Assembly (NCBI RefSeq): GCF_006345805.1
Contig: NC_043024.1
Coordinates: forward strand, 2,046,001 to 2,110,000
DNA length: 64,000 nt
From: Octopus sinensis
Lineage: Eukaryota
Reading direction: 5' to 3'
Positions 12,854 through 27,001 of the stretch are shown one piece after another. How positions within the stretch are numbered: the first letter of the stretch is position 1; every line of letters starts with the position of its first letter. The notes beneath the pieces are model-generated. The model made no database searches. It worked only from the letters and a program-made list of their open reading frames with translations, and had not been told where the DNA came from. The position numbers and the translations under genes are program-made.

Positions 12854-13322
12854 TACCCTGGCCGCACCTCTCCTTCACGGATCAAAGTGACTTTGTTATT
12901 GTGTATATATATATATATATATGGAGGGGGGGGCATTCCAGATTCCGACTGAAGAGGCACTTGGCTGCGAATGATCTGTGTATCATGTTATGTCCTGTTT
13001 GCTGGTGTGCTATCGTCCTTTTTCCGCTTGTTATGTTTTGACGATTTCCGTTTGTTGTTATTCTTTTAACCTTTGAGCTATCTATCTATCTATCGTTGGA
13101 ATTTACAAAAAATCAGCCAAACAAAAGCCGAAGGCGTTTGTGTAAACGACAAACGGACGTATTAGTTAAACGCTCAGGAAGTGTGAAAGTGTTTTACGTT
13201 TCGAGCCTACGCTCTTCAACAGAAAGGAACATAGAGATAAACAGAGAGAGAAGGTTTAGTGGCTAGCTATCAATCATAGCGAAAATCTAGGATGTAATGG
13301 ATGTTGAACACACACACATACA

Positions 13323-13357
<35 letters not shown>

Positions 13358-14957
13358 ACATACATATATATATATATATATATACATCTGTTTGTTGTTT
13401 ACACACTCGTCTATGTCTTTTGCTTGATTTATTGTTTTGTAAATTCCAACTATATATATATGTATATATATAGGCGCAGGAGTGGCTGTGTGGTAAGTAG
13501 CTTGGTTACCAACGACATGGTTCCGAGTTCAGTCCCACTGCGTAGCACCTTGGGCAAGTGTCTTCTACTAAAGCCCCGGGCCGACCAACGCCTTGTGAGT
13601 GGATTTGGTAGACGGAAACTGAAAGAAGCCCGTCGTATATATGTATATATATAAGTGTGTGTGTATATGTTTGTGTGTCTGTGTTTATCCCCCTAGCATT
13701 GCTTGACAACCGATGCCGGTGTGTTTACGTCCCCGTAACTTAGCGGTTCGGCAAAAAGAGACCGATAGAATAAGTACTGGGCTTACAAATGAATAAGTCC
13801 CGGGGTCGAGTTGCTCGACTAAAGGCGGTGCTCCAGCATGGCCGCAGTCAAATGACTGAAACAAGTAAAAGAGTAATAGAGAGTATATATATATATATGT
13901 TCTACTTCCATTACATCCTGGGATTTTCTGTTATATATACATAGACACACTCACATTTAGTGATTATGGAAAAGATGTAACGAACCGGATATACTATTAT
14001 CATCGTTTCGAGTCAAAAGTCCGTCTTATCATCCCCCCCCCACTATTAAATGCCTTCGCTTTTAAATTAAATACAGTGTCATTGACCATGGTATTGTCGT
14101 CATAACCATTATCACCACCGTCGCCACCACCACCATCACCATCAATGACCTCTACGTCAAACATACCATGACTGTGACCACGACAATCATACCATCGCCA
14201 CCATACACCACCACCGCCGCCGCCGCCATCACCACAAACACCATCAATACCTATTTCTTTATTACCCACAAGGGGCTAAACATAGAGGGGACAAACAAGG
14301 ACAGACATAGGTATTAAGTCGATTACATCGGCCCCAGTGCGTAACTGGTTGGTACTTTAATTTATCGACCCCGAAAGGATGAAAGGCAAAGTCGACCTCG
14401 GCGGAATTTGAACTCAGAACGTAACGGCAGACGAAATACCGCAAACATTTCGCCCGGTGTGCTAACGGTTCTTCCACCTCGCCGCCTTTCAAACACCATC
14501 AATACCATCGCCTTCACCACTGTCATTCATCGACACTACCATCACCATCTGGTGTAAATTTAGCATATTTATTTACCATTTTTGGTGGAATTCTGGTTGA
14601 GGAACTTTGCACTAGAATAGTCTTGGTAACCTTTTTTCACTCTTGGAAAACCCTTCACTTAATATCCCATGTCCCAGGGAACCCCTACCTAAAAACCATT
14701 ATATATCTTATATTAAGCCGTTTATTTCATTAGAAAGGCGGTGAGGTGGCAGAATCGTTAGCATGTCGGGCGAAATGCTTAGCGGTATTTCGTCTGACTC
14801 TGAGTTCAAATTCTGCCGAGGTCGACTTAGCCTTTCATCTTTTCGGGGTCCATTAAATAAGTACCAGTTACGCACTGGGGTCGATGTAATCGACTTAATC
14901 CCTTTCTCTGTCCTTGTTTGTCTCCTCTATGTTTAGCCCCTTGTGGGCAATATATAT

Positions 14958-15007
<50 letters not shown>

Positions 15008-16014
15008 ATATATAGTATATATATAATATATATAGATGTGTGTGTGTGGTGTATATATATATATGTCTGTGTGTGTGTGTGTGTGTGTGTATTAATCTGT
15101 TTATTTCTCTCGAAAGGCGGCGAGCTGGCAGAATCGTTAGAACGCCGACCAAAACGCTTTATGTTCTGAGTTCAAATCCCGCCGAGGTCGATTTCACCTT
15201 TTATCCTTTCAGGGTCGATAAAATAAGTACCAGTCAAGCTCTGCGGTCAACGTAATCGAGTCATCCCCTTCCCCAAAATTTCATGCCTAGTCCCTATAGT
15301 AGAAGGGATTATTTCTCTCAGAACCCCTAGCAACCTCTTGCAGAACCCTAAGGTTTCTGGGAAACCCGAATATGAAACGCTGACCTTGTCCCTTAAAAAA
15401 TCGTATTGTTCAAGGTACACAATGCCTGAAAAAATTGTCGGTATAGCCACAACTGGAATGTCTATGACAATTTATTGGTCTGCTGGATCAGGGCTGACCT
15501 GGGGCTATACAACAACAACACCAACAACAATAGTCAATACTCATAGCGCCAATACAAGCATGACGCCCACCAACGAGTGAGACATGTAAGAAATAGTAGC
15601 CAAATATCAACTCATATTTCTTGTCATAAAAAAAGAAACAAAAAGAGAACGAATATCATATTGGCTGGGGAAGTTTCAGATGCGATGGTCACAAACGGAA
15701 CGCCATTTGATTATTAGTCTGCTCGATCAGGGGCTGACCTTGGACAAGACAAAAGCAACAATTCGCGACACCACCACCACCAACCACCATCGCATTCCCG
15801 TCGCCAACTCCGCCATGAGTCGTGGCCTCTCCCTCACACATTCCAAAGCAATGGCCGAGTTTCCTTGGAAACAGACAATCCTTTACTTTCCCCAATTTCC
15901 TCCTTTCTGTCTTTGTTTTTCCCTAAATCATTCCACCTTCCACCTTCCTCTCTCTCTCTCTCCTTTTCATTATCTATCTATCTTTCTGTCTGTCCCGCTC
16001 TGTCTCTCTCGGTG

Positions 16015-16564
16015 TTATACATACACACATACATACATGCATACATCATACATACATGCATACATCATACATACATACATACATACACATACCCACATAC
16101 ATACACACATACATACATACACACATACATACACCACATACATATATACATACACATTACATACACACATACATACACACATACCCACACATACATACCA
16201 CACATACTACATACACACATAATACATACACACGTACATATATAATACATTACATACATACACACACACCACACACACACACACACATACATGTACACAC
16301 ATACACACATACATACACACACACATACACACACATACACACAACATACACACACACACACATACATACATACATACCATACTACGATACGTACGACACA
16401 CACACACACACTAGTACATACATACGTACGTAATACATACATACATAATACACATACACACACACACACCTACATACATACATACATTACAATAACATAC
16501 ACACACAACACACATACATTAACATACATACATACATACATACATACACCACACACACACACAC

Positions 16565-16599
<35 letters not shown>

Positions 16600-16678
16600 C
16601 AATTACATACTACATACACACACACACACACACACAACCCACACATACATACATACACACAACACCCACACACACACA

Positions 16679-16711
<33 letters not shown>

Positions 16712-16790
16712 ACACACACACATAACATACATACACACACACACACACACACACCACACACACACACATTACATACTAATACATACCAGG
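16015..16790. repeat. Compound (CATA)n/(CA)n microsatellite. Comparable tracts: 1850-2360, 17420-17770 (CT), 23170-23400, 23690-24210, 27700-29110, 31880-32280, 34900-35180, 60545-60730
   Basis: Directly visible simple repeats; the source of the YI/HT/CV-rich ORF artefacts. Confidence 0.97.
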
Positions 16791-17629
16791 GCCATAAGCA
16801 ATATATATATATATTCATTTTTTTTCCATCTTCATCTAGTTTCAGCTCACGAGCTGTGGCCATGCTGGGGCAATATATATATATTTACTTCTTTCTCTTT
16901 CTGTCTTTCTTTCTCTCTCTTTCTCCTTTTCATTATCTATCTATCTATCTATCTGTCTTTCCGCCACTCTGCCTCAGTGTTTAATATATATATATATATA
17001 TATTATATATATTGTATATGGAGTAAATGGCAGTGTCGTCTGCTAGAGGACAGTTAATATATATATATATATATATATTGCCATAAGCAATATATATATA
17101 TATATTTACTTCTTTCTCTTTCTCTCTCTCTCTCTCTCTCTCTACTTTTCATTATCTATCTATCTATCTGTCTGTCCTTCCCCCACGCTGTCTCAGTGTT
17201 TGACGTCTATATCTAGCATATAGACTGTCCACTGTGGTCAGCCCTTTAAATTTTCTATGTAAAAAAATATTTTTAATCTTGGGATTTTTTTAAATATGTC
17301 AGGCCACTGGTCTTACTTGATTAATATCAATTTCTACCCTTATTTAATCTTATAAATATATATATATCGTATATGGAGTAAATGACAGTGTCGTCTGTTA
17401 AGAGGACAGTGAATTTGAAGGGGGCCATAAGCAATATATATATATATTTATTTCTTTACTTCTTTCTCTTTCTGTCTTTCTCTCTCTCCCTCCCTCTGTC
17501 TGTCTTTCTCTCTCTCTCTCTCTCCCTCCCTCTCGTCTGTCTCTCTCTCTCTCTTCCTCTCTCTGTCTTTCTCTCTGTCTTTCTCTCCCTCTCTTTGTCT
17601 TTCTCTCTCTCTCTTCCTCTCTCTGTCTT

Positions 17630-17662
<33 letters not shown>

Positions 17663-17677
17663 TCCTCTCTCTGTCTT

Positions 17678-17710
<33 letters not shown>

Positions 17711-18538
17711 TTCTCTCTCTCCCTCTCTCTCCCTCTCTCTCTCTCTCTCCCTCTCTCTCTTTATCTTCTTCCTCCCCTTACCGCTCTAGTTCTGCCCTGT
17801 AGGAAGCGTCTCAACGACATTCTTGATGACAACGGGGGGAAGGGGGAGTATGACAGAAACGACAGAGGAGAAGGGGAGGTAAAAATGACAGAGGGAGGAA
17901 GAGGAGAAGGAGAGAGAGAGAGAGAGAAAGAGTCAGACAGAAAAAAGGGGAGAAGAAGTGAAAAGTGGCAGAGAGGGTGGCGAAGAAGAGGGAGAGAGGA
18001 AGAGAGAGTCAAACGGAAAAAAGGGGAGATGTGAAGGGTGGAAGAGAGGGTGGCGAAGAAGAGTGGGGGGGAAGAGAGAGGAAGAAAAAAGATGGAGTCG
18101 AGAAGAAATGGCGAGGAAAGAAGAATTGAAAGAGGAAGAAGAGACATCAATTTAAAGACATTGGAATTTATGTCAGGCGACGAAGCGGGGGTGAGGAATG
18201 TGCGTGTGTGTGCGGGGGGAAGCCAAGGACCAGAATTTGGGGGCCGCACAGACATTTTAAAAACTGTATTTCGGTTTTATTGCCTATTGTGCAGGCTTAG
18301 TGGGGTGGGGGTGGGGGGTAAGGGTCTTGCTTCCCAACCACATGGTTCCGGGTTCAGTCCCATTCCATGGCCACCTTCGGCAAGTGTCTTCTACTACAGC
18401 CTCGGGCAGACTAAAGCAATGTGAATGGATTTCGTAGACGGAAACTGAAAGAAGCCCTCTATAATAGTATGTATATGTGTTGTAATATATATATGCGGGG
18501 TATATATATATATATATTATATATATATATATTATATA

Positions 18539-18576
<38 letters not shown>

Positions 18577-18690
18577 CTGCATGGCCACAGTCCAAGACTG
18601 AACTAAGCTATATTATGTGTGTGTGTGTGTGTGTGTGTGTGGGTGTGTGTATGTATGTTATGTGTGTATGTATGCATGCATGCATATATG

Positions 18691-18722
<32 letters not shown>

Positions 18723-19089
18723 TGTATGATGGTATGTATGTATGTATGTATGTATGTGTATGTGTATGTATGTGTGTGTGTATGTATGCATGTATGTGTC
18801 TATGAATGTGTGTCTCTGAGCCTGTGTTTGCCGCCCCGCCACCGCTTGACAATCGGTGCTGGTGTGTTTACGTCCCGAACAGCCAGCAGTTCGATAGAAT
18901 AAGTACTGTGTTTAGCATAGATTAAGAACTGCGGTTGATCCAGCATGGCCGCAGTCTAACGACTGAAACAAGTACAAAAGGATATTACAATGAAGGGAAT
19001 GGCATTTCTTTTGTATAATATATGTATTATATTTTTTATCACTCATTGGATCCAGCATGGCCGTAGACCAATGCCTGAAACAAAAGATT

Positions 19090-19805
19090 ATTCATTCTTT
19101 AATCTTTAATCACCATGAAACTTAATTTTATTTACATTCATTTTTTTATTTTGATTTTTTTAATATTCACTTCATTAACTTTATTTACGTCTCTACTCTT
19201 TATTCCATCAATCATTAACCAACCATTATCGACCGTCAGCCATTCCTCAATCTTTAATCAACATATTTCTCCCTAAAATTTAATTAATCTATTTTAAATT
19301 TTATTATATTCACTTCATTAACTTTCACTTAAGCCTTTACTCTTCATTCCATCTATCATTAATCAATCAATGTCAACCATCACCCATTCTTTAATCTTTA
19401 ATCAACATTTTTCCATACAATTTAAATTTTTTATTTTTTTATATTCCCTTCATTAACTTTCATTGAAGTCTGTACTCTTCATTCCATCAATCATTAACCA
19501 GCCACCATCAATCATCGCCCGTTCTTCAATCTTTAATCAACTTTTTTCTCCATAAGATTTCATTTACATTCTTTTTTTTATTTTTATATTCACTTCATCA
19601 ACTTTCAATTAAGTCTTTACTCTTTATTCTATCGATCATTAACCAAACACTATCAATCGTGAGTCATTCTTCGATCTTTAATCAACATATCTCTTCATAA
19701 AAATTTCATTTTATTTTTTCTTAATTGTTTATACTTAATACATTAACTTCCACTTTAGTCTTTACTCTGCATTCCATCTGTCATTAACCAACCACTATCA
19801 ACCGT
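19090..19805. repeat. Degenerate AT-rich tandem repeat, unit about 142 bp, about 5 copies
   Basis: atattcacttcattaactt-like motif at 19163, 19306, 19441, 19586, 19731. Confidence 0.8.
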
Positions 19806-20289
19806 TAATTGGTCCCAACCACCACCAAAAGAATAGTACCTTCCACCCACCCCATCCACACCCAAACAACAGATACCAAAACCCCCAATGACTTCATGTG
19901 TTCTTGTCCTTATCTGCTTTAAGCGCCCTGATTAAAAGCAGCCCCGCCCCTCCTTCAAATAACGTTTACAGAACAACTTATCAATTAGCATTTACACCGA
20001 ATCACTCAAAACACGATTAAGCAAACAACCCCATCGACTTCGCCTCCATTTGTACACACACATCGACAAACAAGCGCTACTTCAACACCGCCCGCACCCC
20101 GGCCATCTCTGGGTTTTCCCTTTTTCCTTTCTCAATCTATGATATTCGACCATCCTTGAAAGCTACTAAAAGCAGCAACATGCAATAAAAACCTCACTCC
20201 CCTCCGCCCACACGCCTCTTGCCGACCCAGACAGTTTAATTATCCCACACACCACACATAGCACCACAGCAACCCGATGTCCTATGTTC

Positions 20290-21420
20290 TTGGTAGTTGT
20301 TAGTTGTTGACGATGCCCCTTGGTAGTTGAGGAGGCCCCTTGGTAGTTGAGGAGGCCCTGTTGTTGGTAGTTGAGACCCTGCTGTTGGTAGTTGACGAGG
20401 CCCTTGGTAGTTGACGATGCCCCTTGGTAGTTGAGGAGGCCCCTTGGTAGTTGAGGAGGCCCCTTGGTAGTTGGCGAGGCCCTGTAGTTGGTAGTTGAGG
20501 CCCTGCTGTTGGTAGTTGACGATGACCCTTGGTAGTTGAGGAGGCCCCTTGGCAGTTGAGGAGGCCCCTTGGTAATTGACGAGGCCCTGTTGTTGGTAGT
20601 TGACGAGGCCCCTTGGTAGTTGACGAGGGCCCTTGGTAGTTGACGAGGGCCCTTGGTAGTTGACGAGGCCCCTTGGTAGTTGAGGAGGCCCATTGGTAAT
20701 TGACGAGGCCCTGTTGTTGGTAGTTGACGAGGCCCCTTGGTAGTTGAGGAGGGCCCTTGGTAGTTGAGGAGGGCCCTTGGTAGTTGAGGAGGGCCCTTGG
20801 TAGTTGAGGAGGGCCCTTGGTAGTTGACGAGGGCCCTTGGTAGTTGACGAGGCCCTGTTGTTGGTAGTTGACGATGCCCCTTGGTAGTTGAGGAGGACCC
20901 TTGGTAGTTGACGAGGCCCTGTTGTTGGTAGTTGACGATGCCCTTGGTAGTTGAGGAGGACCCTTGGTAGTTGACGAGGCCCTGTTGCTGGTAGTTGACA
21001 AGGCCCCTTGGTAGTTGACGAGGCCCCTTGGTAGTTGACGAGGCCCCTTGGTAGTTGACGAAGCCCCTTGGTAGTTGAGGAGGCCCCTTGGTAGTTGAGG
21101 AGGCCCTGTTGTTGGTAGTTGAGGAGGCCCCTTGGTAGTTGACGATGCCCCTTGGTAGTTGAGGAGGCCCCTTGGTAGTTGACGAGGCCCCTTGGTAGTT
21201 GACGAGGCCCCTTGGTAGTTGACGATGCCCCTTGGTAGTTGAGGAGGCCCATTGGTAATTGACGAGGCCCTGTTGTTGGTAGTTGACGATGCCCCTTGGT
21301 AGTTGACGATGCCCCTTGGTAGTTGAGGAGGACCCTTGGCAGTTGACGAGGTCCTGTTGTTGGTAGTTGACGAAGGCCCTAGGTAGTCGACGAGGCCCTG
21401 TTATTGGTAGTTGGCAAGGC
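20290..21420. repeat. GC-rich minisatellite of interleaved 21-bp and 24-bp units
   Basis: gccccttggtagttga(g/c)gagg and ccctgttgttggtagttgacgagg repeated about 50 times. Confidence 0.92.
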
Positions 21421-21572
21421 CCGGATTAAGACGCGAGTAAAATTATAATAGAGAAACGAAAATAAAACTTTTGAAGCAGCGATGCCGCCTTAACTTACGT
21501 GGAAGCCATGAGCGTGCTTTCAAGGGAGATAATCAGAGAAAGAACTGAAAGTCAACGTAAGATCGTAATGCT

Positions 21573-21782
21573 TCATGTAAAGTAAATATAACAAATAATC
21601 CAGAATCCTTGTCTGGAACCAGATCGATCCCAAAATCTAATCAGTTCGTGCCAGTCACGAGGCCAAACATCCCTGAAAGTTTCATCCGAATCCATCCAGC
21701 AGTTCTTGAGATATCTTGTCCACAGACAAACAATCAAACGCGACGGAAATAATACTCCCGCCTTCGCTAAGGCAGAGGTAAT
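21573..21782 (+). mobile_element. Short Helitron/Helentron-like non-autonomous element
   Basis: Ends in the hairpin ctcccgccttcgctaaggcagaggtaat, typical of rolling-circle element 3' ends. Confidence 0.45.
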
Positions 21783-22381
21783 CTTTTTATTATAAATTAT
21801 CTTCACATTCTTTTTACTTTATATAAAACTAGCAGCATCGCCCGGCGTTGCTCGGGTTTGTAAGGGAAATAACTATATAGCAAACAAATGCATTAAAAAT
21901 GGAAAAAAAAATGATGGTAATTTTTTTTTAAATCGTTGACTCATCGTAGACATTTTTAGAGAGTTACTTCCCTTATATAATAGCGAGAAAATGCATTAAA
22001 ATGGAAAAAAATGATGGTAAATTATTTTTAAAATCGTAGACTCATCGTAGACGCGCGCTAATAGCCAGAAGGGCTCGATATGAATCACGACTATAAGAAA
22101 CCCGGTTTTGGTTAAACTGCACCGCAAAATGTGGGAGTAGTTAGGAATCTAAATCGAAGGGGACAGACACTCACACAACTACAGTTTTATATATAAAGAT
22201 ATTCTTTGCATTCTACTCTTTCTTTTATTCTCTTACTTGTTTCAGTCATTGGACTGCGGCCATGCTGGAGCACCGCCTTTAGTCGAACGAATCGACCCCA
22301 CGATTTATTCTTTGTAAGCTTAGTACTTAGGCCACAGGTAGAGGCGCTGAAGAGCGTGACACGGAAGGATCTATGTCCACT

Positions 22382-22607
22382 AGTAAGTAGTAAAGTTACC
22401 TTTTCGAGTCCATGACCATATAAATCCACTCCTGCTCCCTGGATGGGAAGCCAGTCCCTCGCAGGATTACTCCTTTTTGCCAGCTGGGTGGATTAGGACA
22501 ACGTGAAATGAAGTGATTTGCTCAAAAACATCCGGTCAAGGAATTGAAACCACAATCTTACAATTATGAGTCCAACACCCTAACCACTAAGCCACGCGCC
22601 TCTACTA
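22382..22607 (-). mobile_element. tRNA/CORE-type SINE with a 13-bp TSD
   Basis: Head GAGGCGCGTGGCTTAGTGGTTAGGGTGTTGGACTC; atctatgtccact duplicated on both flanks. Confidence 0.7.
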
Positions 22608-23189
22608 ATCTATGTCCACTCCCAGAAGCTGTACTGTTTTGTTTTTTTCAAGGGGTTTTGTCCTAAGCCCTAAAAGGGTTTTGTCCAACGTGTATACTGC
22701 TCTGCTGGCCTAGCCTAACATCGTTCGAAAGCTTCAACAATACAAGGAAGCGCATTGTGACCAGCGGTGTTTAGTTAACACCTAATAATCTAGTCGGGAC
22801 AGTGATTTCAATGGCTTTCGGTTTCTGGTAGGGGTAGTAACGGGGGTGGCACGGAAGGATCTATGTCCACTCCCAGAAGCTGTATTGGTCAGTGGTTGTT
22901 AAGTAGGGGAGAGAGGTTCAGCATGGTTAAAGAAAACAGAAGGTGGTTAACAAGTGTTTCTTCGATTTTTGAAATGTTGGAACTGTGACCGATGGGTGAA
23001 TAATTGGTCGGTGAAAGATTGATGTCCTGGCTGGACAGTGGGGGGAAGACAGGGGGAGTGCGAGTGTATATGACATGCATGTATATATAAGTATCTATCT
23101 ATCTACCTACCTCTATCTCTCTGTCTGCCTGTCTGTCGATTGTACACATATAAATATATATATGGATATGAATGTGTTGTGTATGCATG

Positions 23190-23259
<70 letters not shown>

Positions 23260-23804
23260 CATATATTATATATACATTATATATACATATATATACATGC
23301 ATACACACACATAGCTAGAATATATGAAGTTACTAAAATTTTAATATATTCAATGTTAATGTTTGGGACTGTATGTGTATATATATATATATACACACAC
23401 ACACACAATCACAAACATTGACATTGAATATAATAAAAAATTATATATATATGTATATATATTTCTTTACTACCCACAAGGGGCTAAACATAGTGGGGAC
23501 AAACAAGGACAGACAAAGGGATTAAGTCGATTACATCGACCCCAGTGCGAAATTGGTACTTTATTTATCGGCCCCGAAAGGATGAAAGGCAAAGTCGACC
23601 TCGGGGAATTTGAACTCACAACGTAACGACAGGCGAAATACCGCTAAGCATTTCACCCGGCGCGCTAACGTTTCTGCCATCTCGCCGCCTTGTATATATA
23701 TTACATAGACCACACACACATACATATATACATACACACACATACATATATATATAACATATATATATACATAATGTATATAAATATATATACATGTATT
23801 GCGC

Positions 23805-23835
<31 letters not shown>

Positions 23836-24784
23836 TATATATATATATATATATATATCTATATACATACACATATACATACATACATACATACATACAT
23901 ACATACATACGTTTATACATGCATATATATGTATATACATACATATATATATACATACATACATATATAGATACATACATACATAAATATATGCATACAT
24001 ATGTATGTGTGTATGCTTGTATGTATGTATGTATGTATGTGTGTATGTATGTATACATGTGTGCATGTATGCATGCATGTATGTATGTATGTACGTATGT
24101 ATATATATATATATGTGTGTATGTATGTAAGTATGTATGTATGTACGTGTGTATATATATATATGTGTGTGTATGTATGTAAGTATGTATGTATGTACGT
24201 GTGTATATCTCCACCGTGCGCCCGGCAGTCTTCGACCTGCTGCGGTGTCCAATGTTTTCGGGTTGATGTCTTTCTAACCTAAATCAAGCGACTGAAAGTC
24301 GAACCCCGTGAGAACGCACCGAGTGACCTCGCTCGCTTGGCGTGTTTGACCTGTCTATCGTTTATCTTGTGCGTGTGTGTGAAGGCAAGGACTAGAGGGG
24401 AGTGGGTGCGGCTGGAGGAGGTGGTGGTGGGTGGATGGATGGATGGGTGGGTGGGGGTCGGGTCCTTTGCTTACCCCCACCGCCCTCGCCTTACTCTTCT
24501 GTTTTGTAATCCTATCATTTGTCGTTATTTCGTTGTCTTTATGTCCGCATGTTTTCCATTTGTGTTGTTGTTTCCTCCCCCACCCCACCCCCACCGTGTG
24601 CCTCACCCCCATCGCTCACCCATCCATCCTCACCTCCACTGCCATTCTGGCTAAATATAGAAGTTACGATGACGATGATGATGATGATGGTGATGATGAG
24701 ACATTTTGCCATCATCGTCGTCGTCGTCGTCGCCACCGACATCCTCAACAGCTCTTCATCATTACTACTATCATTATTGCCTGA

Positions 24785-25250
24785 AAGAGCAGTGCGTGCC
24801 ATCACAGTGACACGGGTATAAATATACAAAGCCCAATATACCCATCTGATAAGGGTACACCAGGCACATGAATCACAACCAAGTGTGCGTGACATGATGA
24901 TCTCATATTAAGATAAACAGCACATGACCTTACAGGTGGGGCCCTGTTAGAATTTTCTTCAGGTCGAGTAGCCCATCCCGCTCAAAAGTTCCATGAATAA
25001 GACTTGTTTAAGGATGATGAACGAAACACCCATGTTTCCAAAGGTGGATTATTGAAACCCCAAAGAATCTTTCTCAACACATGGCTATGATGCTCCCCCA
25101 CTACTTCTGCTCGTGATCAGAGATGCACATACTGTCAGCCACTAAGGGACATGATCAACTGGTTAAGGTCAAACAACTGACAAGCAAATCTGTGGTATTG
25201 AGCAGAATATTTGCTGTAGCCCATCTTTTATACCAAGACAAAAACGGCTA
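24785..25250 (-). mobile_element. Long (about 470 bp) SINE-like interspersed repeat
   Basis: Recognised as a common octopod repeat. Non-coding, and bounded by unique/simple DNA. Confidence 0.55.
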
Positions 25251-26783
25251 ATAACACTTCCAATTAGTTAATTAAAGGGAACATAAACCACTGGAGGTGG
25301 TTTATAAGTCCAGGCTTTTGCAAATTACCCAGTGAATATATTGTGCAGCTCTATCATGCCTGTTGTATTTATATGTATATATATATATGTATATATTATA
25401 TATGTATATATATATATATGTATAATATATATTAGTGTATTATATATATGTATATATCTATAGTATATATAATATATGTATATATATATGTGACCCGGTG
25501 TGTACCGTTGTCGATTTTTTTCCCTCTGTCGTCCTTCTCGGGATCTTTCCTTCTCCTATGTTTCCGACGAAGAGCTCCGCTCGAAACGTAAGCCCTCCTT
25601 CTTTTCCTTCCTTCCTGAGCGTCCAATAATACTATATTTGTTCCACGTCCTCGCGTTGTTGTGTTTTCATGTTGGATTAAACTGTATATTATATCTATAT
25701 ACTACACACACACATATATATATATATTATTATATATATATATATATATATAATCTTTACTTGTTTCAGTAATTTGACTGCGACCATGCTGGGACTTATT
25801 CTTTGTAAGCCCAGTACTTATTCTATCGGTCTCTTTTGCCGAACCGCTAGGTGACGGGGACGTAAACACACCAGCATCTGTTGTCAAGCAATGCTAGGGG
25901 GACAAACACAAACACACAAACATATATACACACACATACATATATATATATATATACATATATACGACAGGCTTCGTTCAGTTTCCGTCTACCAAATCCA
26001 CTCACAAGGCTTTGGTCGACCCGGAGCTATAGTAGAAGACACTTGCCCAAGATGCCACACAGTGGGACTGAACCCGGAACCATGTGGTTGGTTACTTAAC
26101 ACACAGCCATGTATGTATGTATATATATGTAGGTATATATATGTATATATATAGAGAGAGAGGGGGGGCATACCGTCACATATGTGCTTCCACCGGCTTT
26201 GATTCCGATCATATCAGATTGTGCGGTGGAAAAAAACCTCTTCCTACGGTGGGATGAGAAGTGTTATGACGTGGGGGTGTACACGTCGGGTGTAAAATTA
26301 ATATTACCCCCAATAAAATATTCGGAATGTGTTTATCTTGAATAACCTATCCCAGAGTTATAATATTATGTTCACACAGAAACGCACTCGATACGACTCG
26401 AACATTGGTACAACAATAAACCAACACACGTCTCACTAACACAGTAATTAATAACGGTCGACCAACACCGTCGACTATCCCTTGGCAATTCACACAGTTG
26501 TTTGTTTTGTTGGAATCCGTTAGTCGACTTTCGGTCACGTGGGATTGGGAGCGGGGATTCTCCAATAACAGGAAGTTTCGGAAAATTCACTCTCGAGACG
26601 GGATTCATTACTTCATAACTTTCAGAAAAATGGGTAATTTTTTAATGAAATTTTCATCGAATATTCTTCAGACGATTTAGATTACGATTATATCGGAATT
26701 TGATATGAAAAAGTAAATTTGGTGAGCTCCTACACAGACATACTGACACACGTCACACACATCTATTTATGTACACACATATA

Positions 26784-26823
<40 letters not shown>

Positions 26824-27001
26824 ACACACACACACACACACATACATATATATATGTATATGTACATGTAGAGGTAGGTACGTACATATATGTTTATATA
26901 TATGCATATGTTCTATTTATTAATATATATATATAATATATATATATATATCTATATATGCACACATATATACGTACATACATACGTACATAATATATAC
27001 A

